From Podarcis pityusensis (taxonomy: Eukaryota), in the NCBI GenBank assembly GCA_964106645.2, contig OZ067039.1: DNA of 64,000 nt, one strand, 5' to 3'. The position numbers and the translations under genes were made by a program. This document shows, one piece after another, positions 1 to 12,369 of this stretch. Under the pieces are notes generated by a model. That model worked only from the letters and a program-made list of their open reading frames with translations, did not search any database and had not been told where the DNA came from. Numbering within the stretch: position 1 is the stretch's first letter; each line of letters opens with the position of its first letter.

Positions 1-228
1 TGGGGTAAACTCTGCTTCTAGGGCATGGGGAATGAGAGTGCTCGGCTAAATTGCCACACCTGCTTCCTCTGCCACGGCTACACCCAGGTTGCACAGAGCT
101 ATACAGGATGGCAAGAAGATGGTGACACGGGACATGAAGGATTTGCATAGATCACAAGCGATCCCCCCAAGCCTCAGAAAATCACAGGGGAGGGGGTTAT
201 TTTCCCCTGGGAGGCTGGCTGTCTCCAA

Positions 229-531
229 TCAGAACCCGCTCCCACTACCCTCCACATCTTCCATGAAGACTGAGCGCTTCTGCATGTTTCTCCGCAGGCG
301 ACGGAGCAGGGGGTTGCCTGGGCAGGGCCCTCCAGGGCTGGCGTGGCCTCTTTCAATGCCTTCCTTGGTGGTGTCTGGCTCCTCGATGCTGTCACTGTCT
401 TCAAGACGCAAATAAGAGGCAGAGAGGGCTGAGTCGGAGGCCGTCAGCGTCAGGCACTCACAAGGATCAGTGCTGGCTACGAAGGAATCATCCCAGATGG
501 TTTCGCAGAGCTCTTTGCCATCCTTGTACAT
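229..531 (-). CDS. RTBDN: RTBDN-like last coding exon (MYKDGKELCETIW...GSGSGF*)
   Basis: Acceptor ctctcttcccctcag ends at 532; phase 0; TGA at 231-229. Confidence 0.9.
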   Translation of the reverse strand: MYKDGKELCETIWDDSFVASTDPCECLTLTASDSALSASYLRLEDSDSIEEPDTTKEGIERGHASPGGPCPGNPLLRRLRRNMQKRSVFMEDVEGSGSGF

Positions 532-3500
532 CTGAGGGGAAGAGAGAGGTGGGGAGCTGTGAATGTGAAGCGCTCTTGCTCTGAGCAGTCTCAGTGCAGA
601 AATTAAGGTCTGAACAACACTCCATCATCATCATCATAATCCTCATCGTAATAATTTATTATTTATACCCCGCCCACCTGGCTGGGTTTCCCCAGCCACT
701 CTGGGCAGCTCCCAACAGAACACCAATAACAATAATAAAAAAGCAACAACATCAAACATTCAAAACTTCCCTAAACAGGGCTGCCTTCAGATGTCTTCTA
801 AAAGTCAGATAGTTGTTTACTGTACAGTGGTACCTCGGGTTATGAACTTAATTCGTTCCAGAGGTCCATTCTTAACCCGAAACCATTCTTAACCTGAAGT
901 GCACTTTTGCTAATGGGGCCTCCCGCTGCCGCCATGCTGCTGGCACCCGATTTCCGTTTTCATCCTGGGACAAAGTTCGCAATCCGAGGTAACTACTTCC
1001 AGGTTAGCGGAGTTTGTAACCCGAAGCATTTGTAACCTGAGGTACCACTGTATTTCCTTGACATCTGAAGGGAGGGTGTTTCACAGGGCGGGCGCCACTA
1101 CCGAGAAGGCCCTCTGTCTGGTTCGCTGTAGCTTCACTTCTCGCAGTGAGGGAACCGCCATAAAGCCCTTGGAGCTGGACCTCAGTTTCCAGGCCGGATG
1201 ATGGAGATGGAGACGCTCCTTCAGGTATACTGGGCCGAGGCAGAGGGATGTCAACAGACTTTCAGCAGGGGTGGCTGTGTCTTTATGAGCAGAAGGGTAG
1301 AGTATCATCCAAACAAACCAATCTGGGGTGAGGGCAGGGGCAGATCTACTAGGAAACCAATGAAGCTTAAGGGCCCTTCATCCCAGAGGGACCCCAGAAG
1401 CAACTTCAGTCCACATTGCTTAAACATTTTGGGTCTAGTAGACCCAATTTGAGTCACATGACTCAATTTGATTAGTTTTTTGTTGCCTATATTTCAACCA
1501 TCCCACAAAGACGACATAAAGGTGTGGCGATCTGTTGTGGAACAACCCCATTGAAAAACAGAATACTGGTTACCCAGACCTCATTGCTGGTTGTAAAGGG
1601 GGGGGGCGACAGTGGCCCCCCAAATGTAGGTCCGCCACTGGGCAAGGGGGTGGGTGGGAAGAGAAGAAGGAGCAGCACAATATGAAAGACAAATGCATTA
1701 CCTTGTTTTGCTTTAGTTTTCCAAACTAATCTGTCACTCAGCAGACTCAAGATACCCAAAGGGGGTGAGAGACCGTTGTTGGAACTTCCAGTGCCCATGA
1801 ACCCTGACCATTGGCCATGCTGGCTGGGGCTGGAGGAAGCCGAAGACAGACAACATTTGGGGGGGCCTGCAGCAGAGTGAGTATCTTGATGACTTGAGCT
1901 GTGTGACCAGCACAGTCCCTCCCGCATGGGGTGAGAGGGGCTTGCTTCACAGAATCCCGGCTGCTTGTTAGCTCCTGCCTCTCCCAAAAGACCAACACAA
2001 TAGCTACCACATGGCAGAAAGGCAGACTAACTGGGCCTGCTGCTTGCTTATGCCATTTGATGTGGCTTGATTTCTAAACAAGAACTTCGTCAGGATAGCA
2101 TGCTCAGGGCCTTGCACACCATTCCCCCTATCCTTTGATGCTTTGAGATAATAGTTGATATTTTTCTGTGGGGATACCATTGTGTTCTGCGCATGATTAG
2201 TGAAATATACTCGGAGTTGAGTGTGGATTTCATGCTCTTTATTCAGCTCAGAGTAGTGAGGAATGGAAGTTCCCCCAAAATGTCTGCTTTATATACATTA
2301 TTTACACAATGGGTCCCATGTGATTGGCTAATTCTGGGATTCTCCTGTAGGCCAATCAGGTTGCGGATTCACTTCCACCCGGAGTTGGATTGGGTGGCTC
2401 CTGCGGACCAATCAGACTGCTGCATTCTGGATCCTATTGTTCTAGGACCAATCAGACTGCTGCATTCCGAATCCTATTTTTCTAGGACCAATCAGACTGC
2501 TGCATTTTGGATCCTATTCAGCTCAGTACATAACAATTAGATGCACTATTTTGCTTTCTAAAATACAGTAAAAAAAACTCAGTTTGGGGAGAGAGTGGGT
2601 CTCAAATGACAGCTCCACCAATTCAAAAGGGCAGCAGCCACCACACATTACTAGCAATCCTGTCTGTCCTCTTTGTTGGGCAAACACTGCAGGGGAAGAA
2701 GGCACAAGCTGTATGGTGCTGACGTTATTACACTGTCAGTCATATACTGCCCATTTCTTCTGACAGGCATCCTGCCAAGCTGTTGCTCTCTGCCTGCCTG
2801 CCTGCCTGCCTGTCACTGGACACAAACTCTGCTAGCTGCCCGAAGGTTCAAATGACTGTCTCAGTGCAAGCCGACCAGCAGTCAGCAGGAATTAGCTTCA
2901 CCTCCAGTGGAAAGGCTGAAGCATGCCATGTAGAGTTAGATAATATGAGGGGTTTCAATTTCTGCCAACCTTCGGGGTAATGTAGCACCTGCCTTTTGAA
3001 CTGCAGCTGGGATTTTGTGTGTGTGTGTGTGTGTGGTTTTTTAAAGCAAGACACAGAAGAGGCTTCATTGACCAAGATCGCCCCTTGGGTGCCCTGTACA
3101 TCCAAGGAAAACCTTGGAGATGTTTCTGTTTTGTTAAACCTTGGAGATGTTGGAGCATTTACTATCGGATTGACCTTAAGACATTTGAAGTCTCTGGCCT
3201 CTTGCTAACATTGAGAGTACAAACAATTCCCTCCTCCAACAATTAGGCTTTTAGTCCTCATGATGAGAGATAAAGTTGGGTATTTGGGAAGCACTGTGCT
3301 CTCTTGATGTCTGTCACCTGGTTTTAAGAGATGGGAGGAAACCCCTTGCCTATTCAGCTAAGCTTGTGGGAAACAATTCCTCATTGTGTAACTGGCAATA
3401 CAGAGGCAGCTACAAAGAAATATTAAAACCACTGATCACTTCAGGCATTTTCTTTGTCTTTGACTTGCAGTTTCTGACAGAGAATGCTGGTGGCACAACA

Positions 3501-6500
3501 GTTTTAAAAAATGCCAAAGAGCATATTATGACAGCATTTTTACTCATGGCTCCTACAATAGTTCTGAAAATGTCCCAGCCTAACATCAATTCAGATTACC
3601 ATCCCTCTGTGGAACAGTGGTCCTTGAAAAGATGAACCATGAGTGAGTAGTCACATAAGCTAGGTCTATTTGTTTTAAGAGAAGAATACAAACTCCAACA
3701 ATTCCCACCTAAAGTTGGAGGCACATTCACTTTCAAGCTTTTCCCCCTTGAAGAGTGGGAACCTTATTCTAAAAAGGCATCACAAGTTGAAATAAAGACC
3801 TTAAGTTGTTGACAAAGCCCTTTCACGTAATTTATGTGATTTCAGGAATAGTGAAAGACTTGGCTTGGTTTGTGCTAAAGCTGAGGCCTCCTAGGAATGG
3901 TGTAATTCCTCTTTCTCCTCCAATAACTGCTTTTCCCAAACATGACTCAGTACAGGCATCTCTTCATGACTCATGTGATTTCTGGGGCTGAGGGCTGCAT
4001 CCATCTGGGGGCTTTTAGTGTCCTCACCTGGCCATACGACAGGCAGTCCTGGCTGCAGTTGTTTCCCTCAGGGCCCCAATGCCAGTCAGTGAGCCAGTTG
4101 CGAGCACACGTCAGGTCTTCCTTGCAAGCATCATACCTGAGGTGATAAGAAGGTGTGGCAATTAGGAAAGCAGTTGAACTTTAATTGTTATTATATCAGA
4201 CCATTTTTATTATATCAGACCAGACCTTTTATTTTTGTTATATCAGACCTCCAAGGAGCTCAAGTTGGTGCACAAGGTCCACACACCATTTTGATCCTTA
4301 CGACAGACAACCCTGTGAGGTATATTAGGCTGAATAACAATCCCCAGCTCAAAGTCACTCTGTTAGTTTCATGACTAAGTTTTATGGAGATATGAACCCA
4401 AGTTTCTCTATCTTTTTCAGTCCCAATGGAGGGTCAATACTCACTAAGCACTTCCTCCTTTTCCCCACCTTTACCCAATTCAACATTTTTTGCCAATAGA
4501 ATTACATACATTTATTTCCACCAGTCCACTGCCTGAGGCCCAAGAAATGGAAGTATGTTTGTGTTGGGTGGAGATACCCTTTAAAAAGCTTGTGGATTTC
4601 CCTCAATATCCAGGTTAGCTCCTACACTTGACTCAGCTTCCCCACATCCAGCTGATTTATTCCAAAATTGAACTGGGTGTGCCAAAAGCGAGATGCAGGT
4701 GTCATAGATACAGTGTCCCCGAGCTTGTTGAATTTCTTTGGGGAAATGACTTATAAAGGGCCTTTTAAGTGCAAAACAACAACAACCCGGTATGCCTTTC
4801 ACTGCTTGTCTGTCTTAAAATGGCAGGGCATTTCATTTAAACAGGACACCAGCAATGTGATGACTTTCTCCTCTTCTGGTATCTCCAGGAGACGATGCTC
4901 TTTCCCTGTTTCTTCATCTCCTACAGGGTCCCCTCCTTCCCCAGTTGGGACAAGGAGACTTCACTCACCATTGGTCACAGAAACTCTGGCAGAGGGGCAC
5001 AGCCAGCACAGCTGTGGGACGCTGAGGATGAGGCCACTGGGCAGCGATGGGGGAGCAACGGTAAAAACATTCCAGCTGCTGTAGATAGCCCTCACACCTG
5101 CATAGGAGAAAGAAGCACTAGGGCATAAAGATGGCAGAGCAGGCCTAAAATGGCAGGCAAAGGGCTACCCACAGGGGAGGGATTTAATAAAAAAAATGTG
5201 AAGAAATGTTATGCCAAGGAGCAGGTCTTCCCCATCCCAGTTGTCTGGTAACTTCCAAGACTAGTTTTAGCAGGAACTCCCACCTCTTGGTAGGCCCAGC
5301 TTGTAGGAAAGGAAACACACACAAACACACACACACACACACACACACACATGACTGGAGTAGGCATGGCTGCCTCTCTGTCTGACCTGCTGCTAAGGCT
5401 CCCACAGCGGTTCCAGTAGATGTCATTGGCTTTGGAAAGGTCCTGGGTGACCTCCGGTGAGCAACAGGCATCTGTGGGAAAAGAATCCTTCTGTCAGCAG
5501 CCCCTTTCCTTTGTGCTGAGATGAACCAGTTGTCATTCCGGCAACCCTGCATGTTGCAGTCTGATTGCAACAGCTGCAGGTATTGCCTAACAAGCTGGAA
5601 GTATGCAAATTGCCACCAGTTACCATGTGATGAGCCAATGCATACATAAATTCCCTAGCAGGTATTCTGGGCATGATAAGAACCCTATACTCCTATACCC
5701 ATGTCCCATTCCCCACCCGCTCCCTACAGTCTCTGTGGCCTCTGTGTACAACCCTCCAAAGTTTCCCCCAGGCACCAGGGGTTGTCTCTGCTGAGTTCCT
5801 TTGCACCCTGTGCATAGCAGTGCATGCTACTCACACACGTTAAATTTTGATCAGCCAGGGCTATGAGATCATTGCAGCCTCAAAATGAAATACAGTACAT
5901 ATTATTCTCACTAGCCTTCCTCTTTTCTTGAAAAACAACCGAGGCTGAAAATGTACAAGAAAGATCTGTTAACTTTAAAAAAGTGAATCTTTTGATCTGT
6001 TTGTCTGGAGCATTGCCCTCCTCAGATACGGTCCTGAACCAAGAGAAAGTCCAGGTCCTGGACTCTGAAGTGAAAGATTTGAGGAACATGAAGTTGAAGG
6101 GCCATCATATGGCTCTTTTGTTCAGCAGAGTCATGTGTAAGTTCTGCCTGGTAGCAGTATTCCCAAGATTTTTGAGGTAAAAAATTGATGGTCCATATCA
6201 AATGTGTTTGCATAGACATTTTTGTTATATAGTAAAATAATCATACAACATTGATTTCCTTGAACATAGTTAGCTGGGGGCTGCTATTTCAGCTTTCTTC
6301 GTGTATTTTTGTGATTGATTGACAGCACTGTATTATGCAAAATATGACCTTATTAGTACAAGACAAAATATCAAGCTGGTAAATTCCTATACTAAATTAA
6401 AGCAAGACCACCCTTTATAGGACAATATAAAGGTTAACTCAATTTCCCTTGTCTGAGATTGTGTGTTTTTTAAAAGAAAAATAAAACAATCCCATGTGGA

Positions 6501-7193
6501 ATAAAATGCCACTGAATCAATGGGTCAAACTTTCCCATTACATGTTTAGATGCAGCTATTAGTATAGGGCTAGGGGCAAGGCTAACTAGACCGCTCATTC
6601 ACTATTAGAGGAAGTGATGACACTGTGTCAGGTGTGGGGAAGCCCAGGCCCTCTAGATGCTGCTGGACTTCATCTCCCACCTTCCCTGACCATTGGCGAT
6701 ACTGGCAGAGGCTGATGGGAGCTGGAGTCCAATAACATCTGGAGGCCTACAGGTTAGTGCCCAGAATATAGGGCAGAGGTAAGTATTACCAGCTTCTAGA
6801 CAACTCTTCTATGCCAACTCTTGTTAAAGGTACAGGTCTACTTTGCATCTGATCATCTCATTTATTTCATCAACCACCATAAGGAGGTTTGCTCATCTCT
6901 CCTCAAACCTGTGGGGAAATGCTGAGAGGAACCTTGGCTTCAGAGCTCCACTTCCTGCTTGCCCAAAGCTCTTCAAGCCTTGTAGCTTCTCCCTCCTGCT
7001 GCCTTCGTGCCCTTAACCAATACTCACTTTCTGCATAGATCTGGCAAATGCCAAGCTGTCCTTCTGGGCTTGGGCTGGCTTTGTGTTTTCCTCCAGGCAA
7101 GCAGCGAACCTCCATGCCTGTAGCACTGGTCCATGACACGACCAGTGCCCAAGCTATACCCATTATCCAGACAGTGCCACCACCGCTGCTCAT
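229..7193 (-). CDS. RTBDN: Retbindin / riboflavin-binding-protein-like secreted protein (folate receptor family); CDS complement(join(229..531,4028..4136,4969..5097,5387..5471,7028..7193)), 263 aa (267 aa if started from the exon at 14907)
   Basis: Five exons with GT-AG boundaries and matching phases (1,2,2,0) total 792 nt. The translation has a signal peptide followed by CLPGGKHKASPSPE..ACC..YWNRCGSLSSRCE..LECFYRCSP..VPLCQSFCDQWYDACKEDLTCARNWLTDW..MYKDGKELCETIWDDSF, the folate receptor/RBP cysteine pattern. The C-terminal basic stretch + GSGSG resembles recalled mammalian retbindin. Family is very secure; orthology (RTBDN vs an RBP paralog) is less so. Confidence 0.8.
650..1240 (-). mobile_element. 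L2/CR1-group LINE 3' fragment, interrupted by a MITE
   Basis: Minus frame encodes ...LREVKLQRTRQRAFSVVAPAL (L2-type RT C-terminal RAFSVAAP motif) and ends in an AATAA-type tail near 650-665. Confidence 0.7.
825..1050. mobile_element. Tc1/mariner-type non-autonomous MITE
   Basis: TIRs CAGTGGTACCTC...GAGGTACCACTG flanked by TA at 823-824 and 1051-1052. Confidence 0.85.
2201..2535 (-). mobile_element. Solo LTR (Gypsy/ERV-type), 335 bp
   Basis: TG...CA termini; 5-bp TSD ATTAG at 2196-2200 and 2536-2540; minus-strand order is CCAAT-containing repeats, then TATA (2288-2295), then AATAAA (2238-2243). Confidence 0.8.
2405..2519. repeat. 40-bp tandem repeat, ~3 copies, in the LTR U3 region
   Basis: Unit GGACCAATCAGACTGCTGCATT... 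starts at 2405, 2445 and 2485. Confidence 0.9.
4028..4136 (-). CDS. RTBDN: RTBDN-like internal exon (W-YDACKEDLTCARNWLTDWHWGPEGNNCSQDCLSYGQ)
   Basis: 109 nt; acceptor cacctcag, donor CAG/gtgagg; not present in the ORF track. Confidence 0.92.
4969..5097 (-). CDS. RTBDN: RTBDN-like internal exon (R-CEGYLQQLECFYRCSPIAAQWPHPQRPTAVLAVPLCQSFCDQ)
   Basis: 129 nt; acceptor ttctcctatgcag, donor TG/gtgagt. Confidence 0.92.
5315..5350. repeat. (AC)n microsatellite
   Basis: Direct observation. Confidence 0.9.
5387..5471 (-). CDS. RTBDN: RTBDN-like internal exon (N-ACCSPEVTQDLSKANDIYWNRCGSLSS)
   Basis: 85 nt; acceptor ttcttttcccacag, donor AG/gtcaga. Confidence 0.9.
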
Positions 7194-7202
7194 TTTGACT
7201 AC
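7028..7202 (-). CDS. RTBDN: RTBDN-like exon with signal peptide (ATG at 7193; exon starts at 7202)
   Basis: Acceptor cttcctcttttttcag, donor GAAA/gtgagt; hydrophobic segment VWIMGIAWALVVSW followed by CLPGGKHK. Confidence 0.9.
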
Positions 7203-9059
7203 CTGAAAAAAGAGGAAGGGAAAGGATTACTAAATCAGTTTGGATTGCATAGCTTCACTGCCGCCTTGAAGCATGCCAGTTAGATTACACAAAATGGACT
7301 CCCACCTAGTCCTAGCTCCCCTCTCCCCAGTGTGTTCCTATGCATAGCATGCTTTCATCTCTGTTCCACTCCAACAATGTCCTTATTTCCCCACCTGTCT
7401 GCTTTGATAATCCACTGTAGAGTTGGACCCTTCCCTTTGTTCATTGTTTGACTCGAGTGAGGGGAAAATGTCCAGCAACTGCTCTTATCTCCCCATCACC
7501 ACAGGTAATTCAAGGCAAGCCAGCTGCAGGCAACTCTTCCAACACCTCAGTTTAGGGTCAACTCTAGCCTGAGAAACACAAGCAGCTCCTACGCTCCCTG
7601 ATTAAACTTAGGGCTTCATTCATGAAACCAGTGCTATTTTTCTAGAAAAAGAGGTGTGGGAACTCACCATGAACGCCTCCTTTGTTCTCTTATAATGCAA
7701 TGGTGCCCACCTGAGAGGTGCTGGAACTGAGTTCCGGCGAGTTCCGGCTGAAACCTCCCCCCTCCACATGAAACAGGAATTGATTGATCCATATCAATCA
7801 TGTAACAATTTGCAAATCTGTATACCAATATTCCTATTTATAACCAAGAAGAGTACCGGGGCGGGGGGGGAGTTAGAATGCACCTGCAGACAGGTAAGAT
7901 TTGTATTATAAGGGTGTCAAAAGTTCTCAGCCAGCCTTTCTCAGTGGCTCAGTCTGCAGCAATTAGTAGATGACAAATCTCCATATTTAATTGCTGCACA
8001 CCAAGCCCGTATTTAAGAACCAAGCCTCACAGGAATGTCATGTGTTTAAACAAGCTTAAACTGGCCACTTTGAGGGTATGTTCACATTACCACTGACTCC
8101 TGCCCCTAGTTTCCCGAAGCTGTTTTCACATGACGATAGCCACAATCCATATCGATCCTGTAGTTGCTTCACCAACACTGCCATTTGATACGTTTTCCTC
8201 AAACAAACTTTAATCCAAGTAGGAAATGGTAAACGGTAATGAGAATATACCCTAACAGCCATCACAAATGTGCAGTTGAATTTCACGAGTTGGAGTTTCC
8301 TGGGGAGTTGCAGGGGCAGGGAAACCATCAAGGCCATGCGTGCTGGGTTAAGACATCTCCATCCCCTTTTGGAGGAGAGCAGAACTGTGTAAATGCAGCT
8401 GGGAAATTTAGCAGAAGGTTACCTTTCTGCATTTTAAGCTGCTAATGTGAATATACTGTTAGCTTGGAGAAAAAGCAGCTTTGGGGCCCTGATCCAGGAT
8501 ATTATTCCAATCAGGACAAGGTCCCTCTGTGTGTATGTGTGTGTGCATGCACATGTACAGAAAAGCAAGCCCTCTTGACTCATTTTCAGCAGAAAAGTGT
8601 CAGGAGGCCCCAATCTGGATCAGAGAGCACATTCCAGATCAGGACTCCACAGTTGCTTTTTTCTTCAGAATGGGAGTGGGCAACCCTAGCTTTTCACATG
8701 ACATCTCTTCCACTTTGGCTATTCCACCTCCTCCAGAATGCACTGGACCTTTCCATTCCCATGAAGGATCCTGTGCAGCTCAGAAGCTTGAATGCTCCTA
8801 CACCAGCAAGAACAAAAAGGTCATTAGCAGCTCAGGAGAGAGAGAGAGAGAGAAGGTTGGAAAGAACTAGGGTAACTCAATAAGCTTGGCACTAATTGTG
8901 AGCATCAGTGAGGCCTGGCTACCCTACATCACTACTGTGGAACCAGCTTGGCTGGCTGCCTGGAACTGGTACAGTAATCTAGACAAAGGGTAGGTGGGTA
9001 GATAAGTGTATGGAAGCTTATAGAAGCTTATAGAAGCTAGGTCAGATTGCTTTATAGGG

Positions 9060-9205
9060 TAGTCCAGCTTTACCCCATCTGGTGTCCTCCAGTTGATGTT
9101 GGACGACAATCCCCATCATCTCTGTCCATTGACCATGCTGGCTGGGGATTATGGGAGTTGGAGTCCAAAAAAACATCTGGAGGTTACCAGGTTGGGGGAA
9201 GGCTG
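9060..9205. mobile_element. Palindromic squamate hAT-like MITE (GGACTACAACTCCCATCA family); other degenerate copies near 1780, 6630, 10660, 25755, 42745, 44370, 57400, 58160
   Basis: Recurrent self-complementary core ...CAACTCCCATCATCCC..GACCATTGGCCATGCTGGCTGGG..GATGGGAGTTG..GTCC. Confidence 0.65.
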
Positions 9206-12200
9206 TATTACAGACTAAGAAAAAGTGAAGGGATTGAAAGGAAGATGCTTTAATGGTTGGTAGAATGAGCACATCAGTCCTGGCTTCTAACTCCCTGCAT
9301 AGTCTGGGGTGGGTGGGTGGGTGTGTATTTAGTAAGCTGGCCAGAGTTGCTGGGGCAACCCAGCCAGATGTGCGGGGTATAAATAAAAAGTTGTTGTTGT
9401 CCTTCAGATTTGGCTTCAAAAACAAACCTTCCAGACCCCTCCCTCAAATCTCTCTTGTGCTTCCTACAGTCCCAGCATTGTAGCCACTAAGAGGGGGGTT
9501 TAATCCCCTCTAAACAATAAGAATGGAGGACCTTATTTTTTATTGTGGGTGCAAAGAATCCTGGCAATGCAAGGGAAGATATTGGATTTCTATTAGGGAA
9601 GGAAATGCTGGAGAGTGAAATGCGTTTGATCCAGGCACACGGCTGCCTTCACTGCTGTGCCTTTGAGCAAAATGTAATAGAGGGCAAAATCTCACCACAG
9701 AAAGTACTTTCAGGGCAAGGTGACACCCCTCCTTTTCCTTTGCTGTGTCTAATTTCAGTGATGCGGCCTCATTTGCAACAATATGAAGCAAGATGCAGGA
9801 CTAAATCATCTGGTCCCTAGAGGAGGGAGTCACCTTGGGTCCTGGGAGGCAGGTAGCCAAGTGAAATTTGACAGCAGACCTTCCTCTCAAAATCAATTTG
9901 GGACCAATCAATGGAGCTATGCTCCTTAATGCCTCTAGTCTGGGACAGGTAAAGTCTTCCCTCATGCATGTTGCAGGTTTCTGAGGGGTGGGGAAATTAC
10001 ATTTATATAGAAGGGTAAAGAGAAATGGCCCAGTCGTTATGTAACATGGTCTCTAGGACTAAATTCACTTTATTCTCTCAGGCTTGTAAGCCGAATCCAA
10101 TATCAAATCTTAGTTATCACCCAATATTCTTCAAACTCATATGATTTTGCTTTGCTCTGCAGTTTTACTTAACATTTTTGGTTTTTAAAATGTTTATATT
10201 TAGTTAGTTATCTAGTTAGTTTCAAAAACTCACAGTAATGCAAAACAAATAATAAGGAATATTAATAAGTAAACAAAATGAACACAGAACTCCACTCTCC
10301 AGGTAAGTGTCTTTTTTGTATCTTCTTCTGCACAAAACGGTCAAGTGAATCAATGTTCCCGTTTTATGTTATCCTAACAGGCCTGTCCAAATAGCTGGAG
10401 GCTGCAGGGTGTATTCTCTTCTCTTTGCTTGCAGATCAGATAAACCATTGCCCCAGTTCACACAGTCAACATTTTCCCCAACAGAGTGGCTCCATCAGTG
10501 TAGTCTCACCTGTGTCCAAATGTGGGGAGCACGTGTGCAATTTTTCCATTTTCTTTTTTAAGGGGGAGAATTCCTGACATGCAAAGGTCATATTCCCAGA
10601 AAAAACTAGTCAAAACAGTGTTGCATTAAACTCTGCACATATTCCTTCAAGCCCCTAAGGCAGGGATCGCCCTCTGGATAATGTTGGACTACAACTCCCA
10701 TCATCCCTGACTGTTGGCCATGCTGGCTGGAACTGATCGGAATTAGAGTCCAACATTATCTAGAGGGTAACACATACCCCATCCCTGCCCTAAAAAACCC
10801 CACAAAGTGCCAATCAAGCAGAATTTAAAATCTTGTTCATCTGGAAAGGTTCATCTGTAGTTCTAATAAGAAAACATTTCACTCAGATTTCAGCCGGAAC
10901 TCATTGGAACCGAGTTAATGTTATTTTGCGGTGGCAAAATAAAAGAAGCTACATATACTCCTTAGTGCTACACTACAAAGGTTCTTTAGTGTTAATGAAG
11001 CATTTTGGATCAGCTGGAAGCAGATCCACCTCAGGGTTCCACACAGCACTCATAATCAAACGCCATATCACCCCTCATCCTGCAAAGCCCATTCCCATAA
11101 CAAAGGCAAAAGTGGGCAGCATGTTACTGCACGAACCATTGGAAAAATCAAGCAAAAATTGAACAAGCAAGTGTGAACATTTTCTCAATAACGTGTTTTA
11201 AGTTTTATTAGTGCACTGGCACTTTACCACAAAAAAAGACGCTTTTTAAAAAATGAAGAAAAACTCAAATGCAAGCTGTGGAAAAGGAATGGGAAGAAGA
11301 AATTGTATTGCAAAATATGAAACGGTGGCAGATTAATATCTCTGTTTAAGCAAAAAACACCACTGATAAGCTGTTTGGCAGAGATGGGAGAGGAGTGTGG
11401 GAGGAGGACAAATCACATTATCTATTCTCTTTCCCAAGCAGATAACTGTGGAATGTTAACTTTTGCAAAAGTGCTCTGTGGGGGCAAGACTAGTAATGGT
11501 GGCAAGTAACATAGGAAGGTTTCACCAGCTGTCTCATCACTGACTGCTGCTTCCACAAGGTTCATCCATAATATCTTACACCGTAATATCTTGCAAGTTC
11601 ACATTTGAAAGTCGGGAGCTGAAATTGCATTGGAATTTGTTAGGAGTGGGGTGCACCTGGGGGGGGGGCAGTAACACAAAGAAGATGGGAGAAGGCCTGG
11701 AACACAACAGTCTGGCAGCAACGTCATCTGGATTCTGTGTGATAACTATGAAAATAAGTGATGTCAATTTCAGAGAAAATGCATTAGTATGGAACCATCT
11801 CAGATGAACTTGGTAGCTTCAAAGAGAGCTTTGCTCATTTCTTGCAGATTGTATTTATAGTGTCCATTCATCTCCCTGCTCAGAGCCTGCCCGATGAGCC
11901 TCGCTCCGTAAAATATAAATTAACAACACCTATAATGTGCAATATTTATTTTGTTTAGCAGGTCATCGATCTGAAGGTAGTTATTTCAGGTCTATGTCAA
12001 CATTGTGTCCATTGGCCCAAAGCCTCTGCCTTTCTTAAGCTCTGTTCTAGAAACCCCAGCCCAATTTTGTGTTAGACTCCTGAACACTTAGTGAATCCTT
12101 CAGCATAAAGGTCTCATCCAGTGTTAATTGACTGACATTGAATGGTGACTTTCAGATGGCCTCACTCTGTTTTATCCTTGTGATTCTCTGGCTAGCTGCC

Positions 12201-12369
12201 TGGAAAATACTGGTGGCCTCAATCCTAGCAGATTAGGGACAGGCCCCAAAGAAAGTAGCTTCCTGTCCTTCCCTCCCTGCCATAATTAGTACTAGTCTGT
12301 AGAGCAGAAGAATGCAACTGCTATGTATAAAATCACCTAGTACACACATCTCAAAAATAATAGCATGAG

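Noticed and set aside
2405-2519. Regularly spaced repeats as a CRISPR-like array
   Set aside because: Head-to-tail tandem units without unique spacers, inside an LTR in a vertebrate genome.
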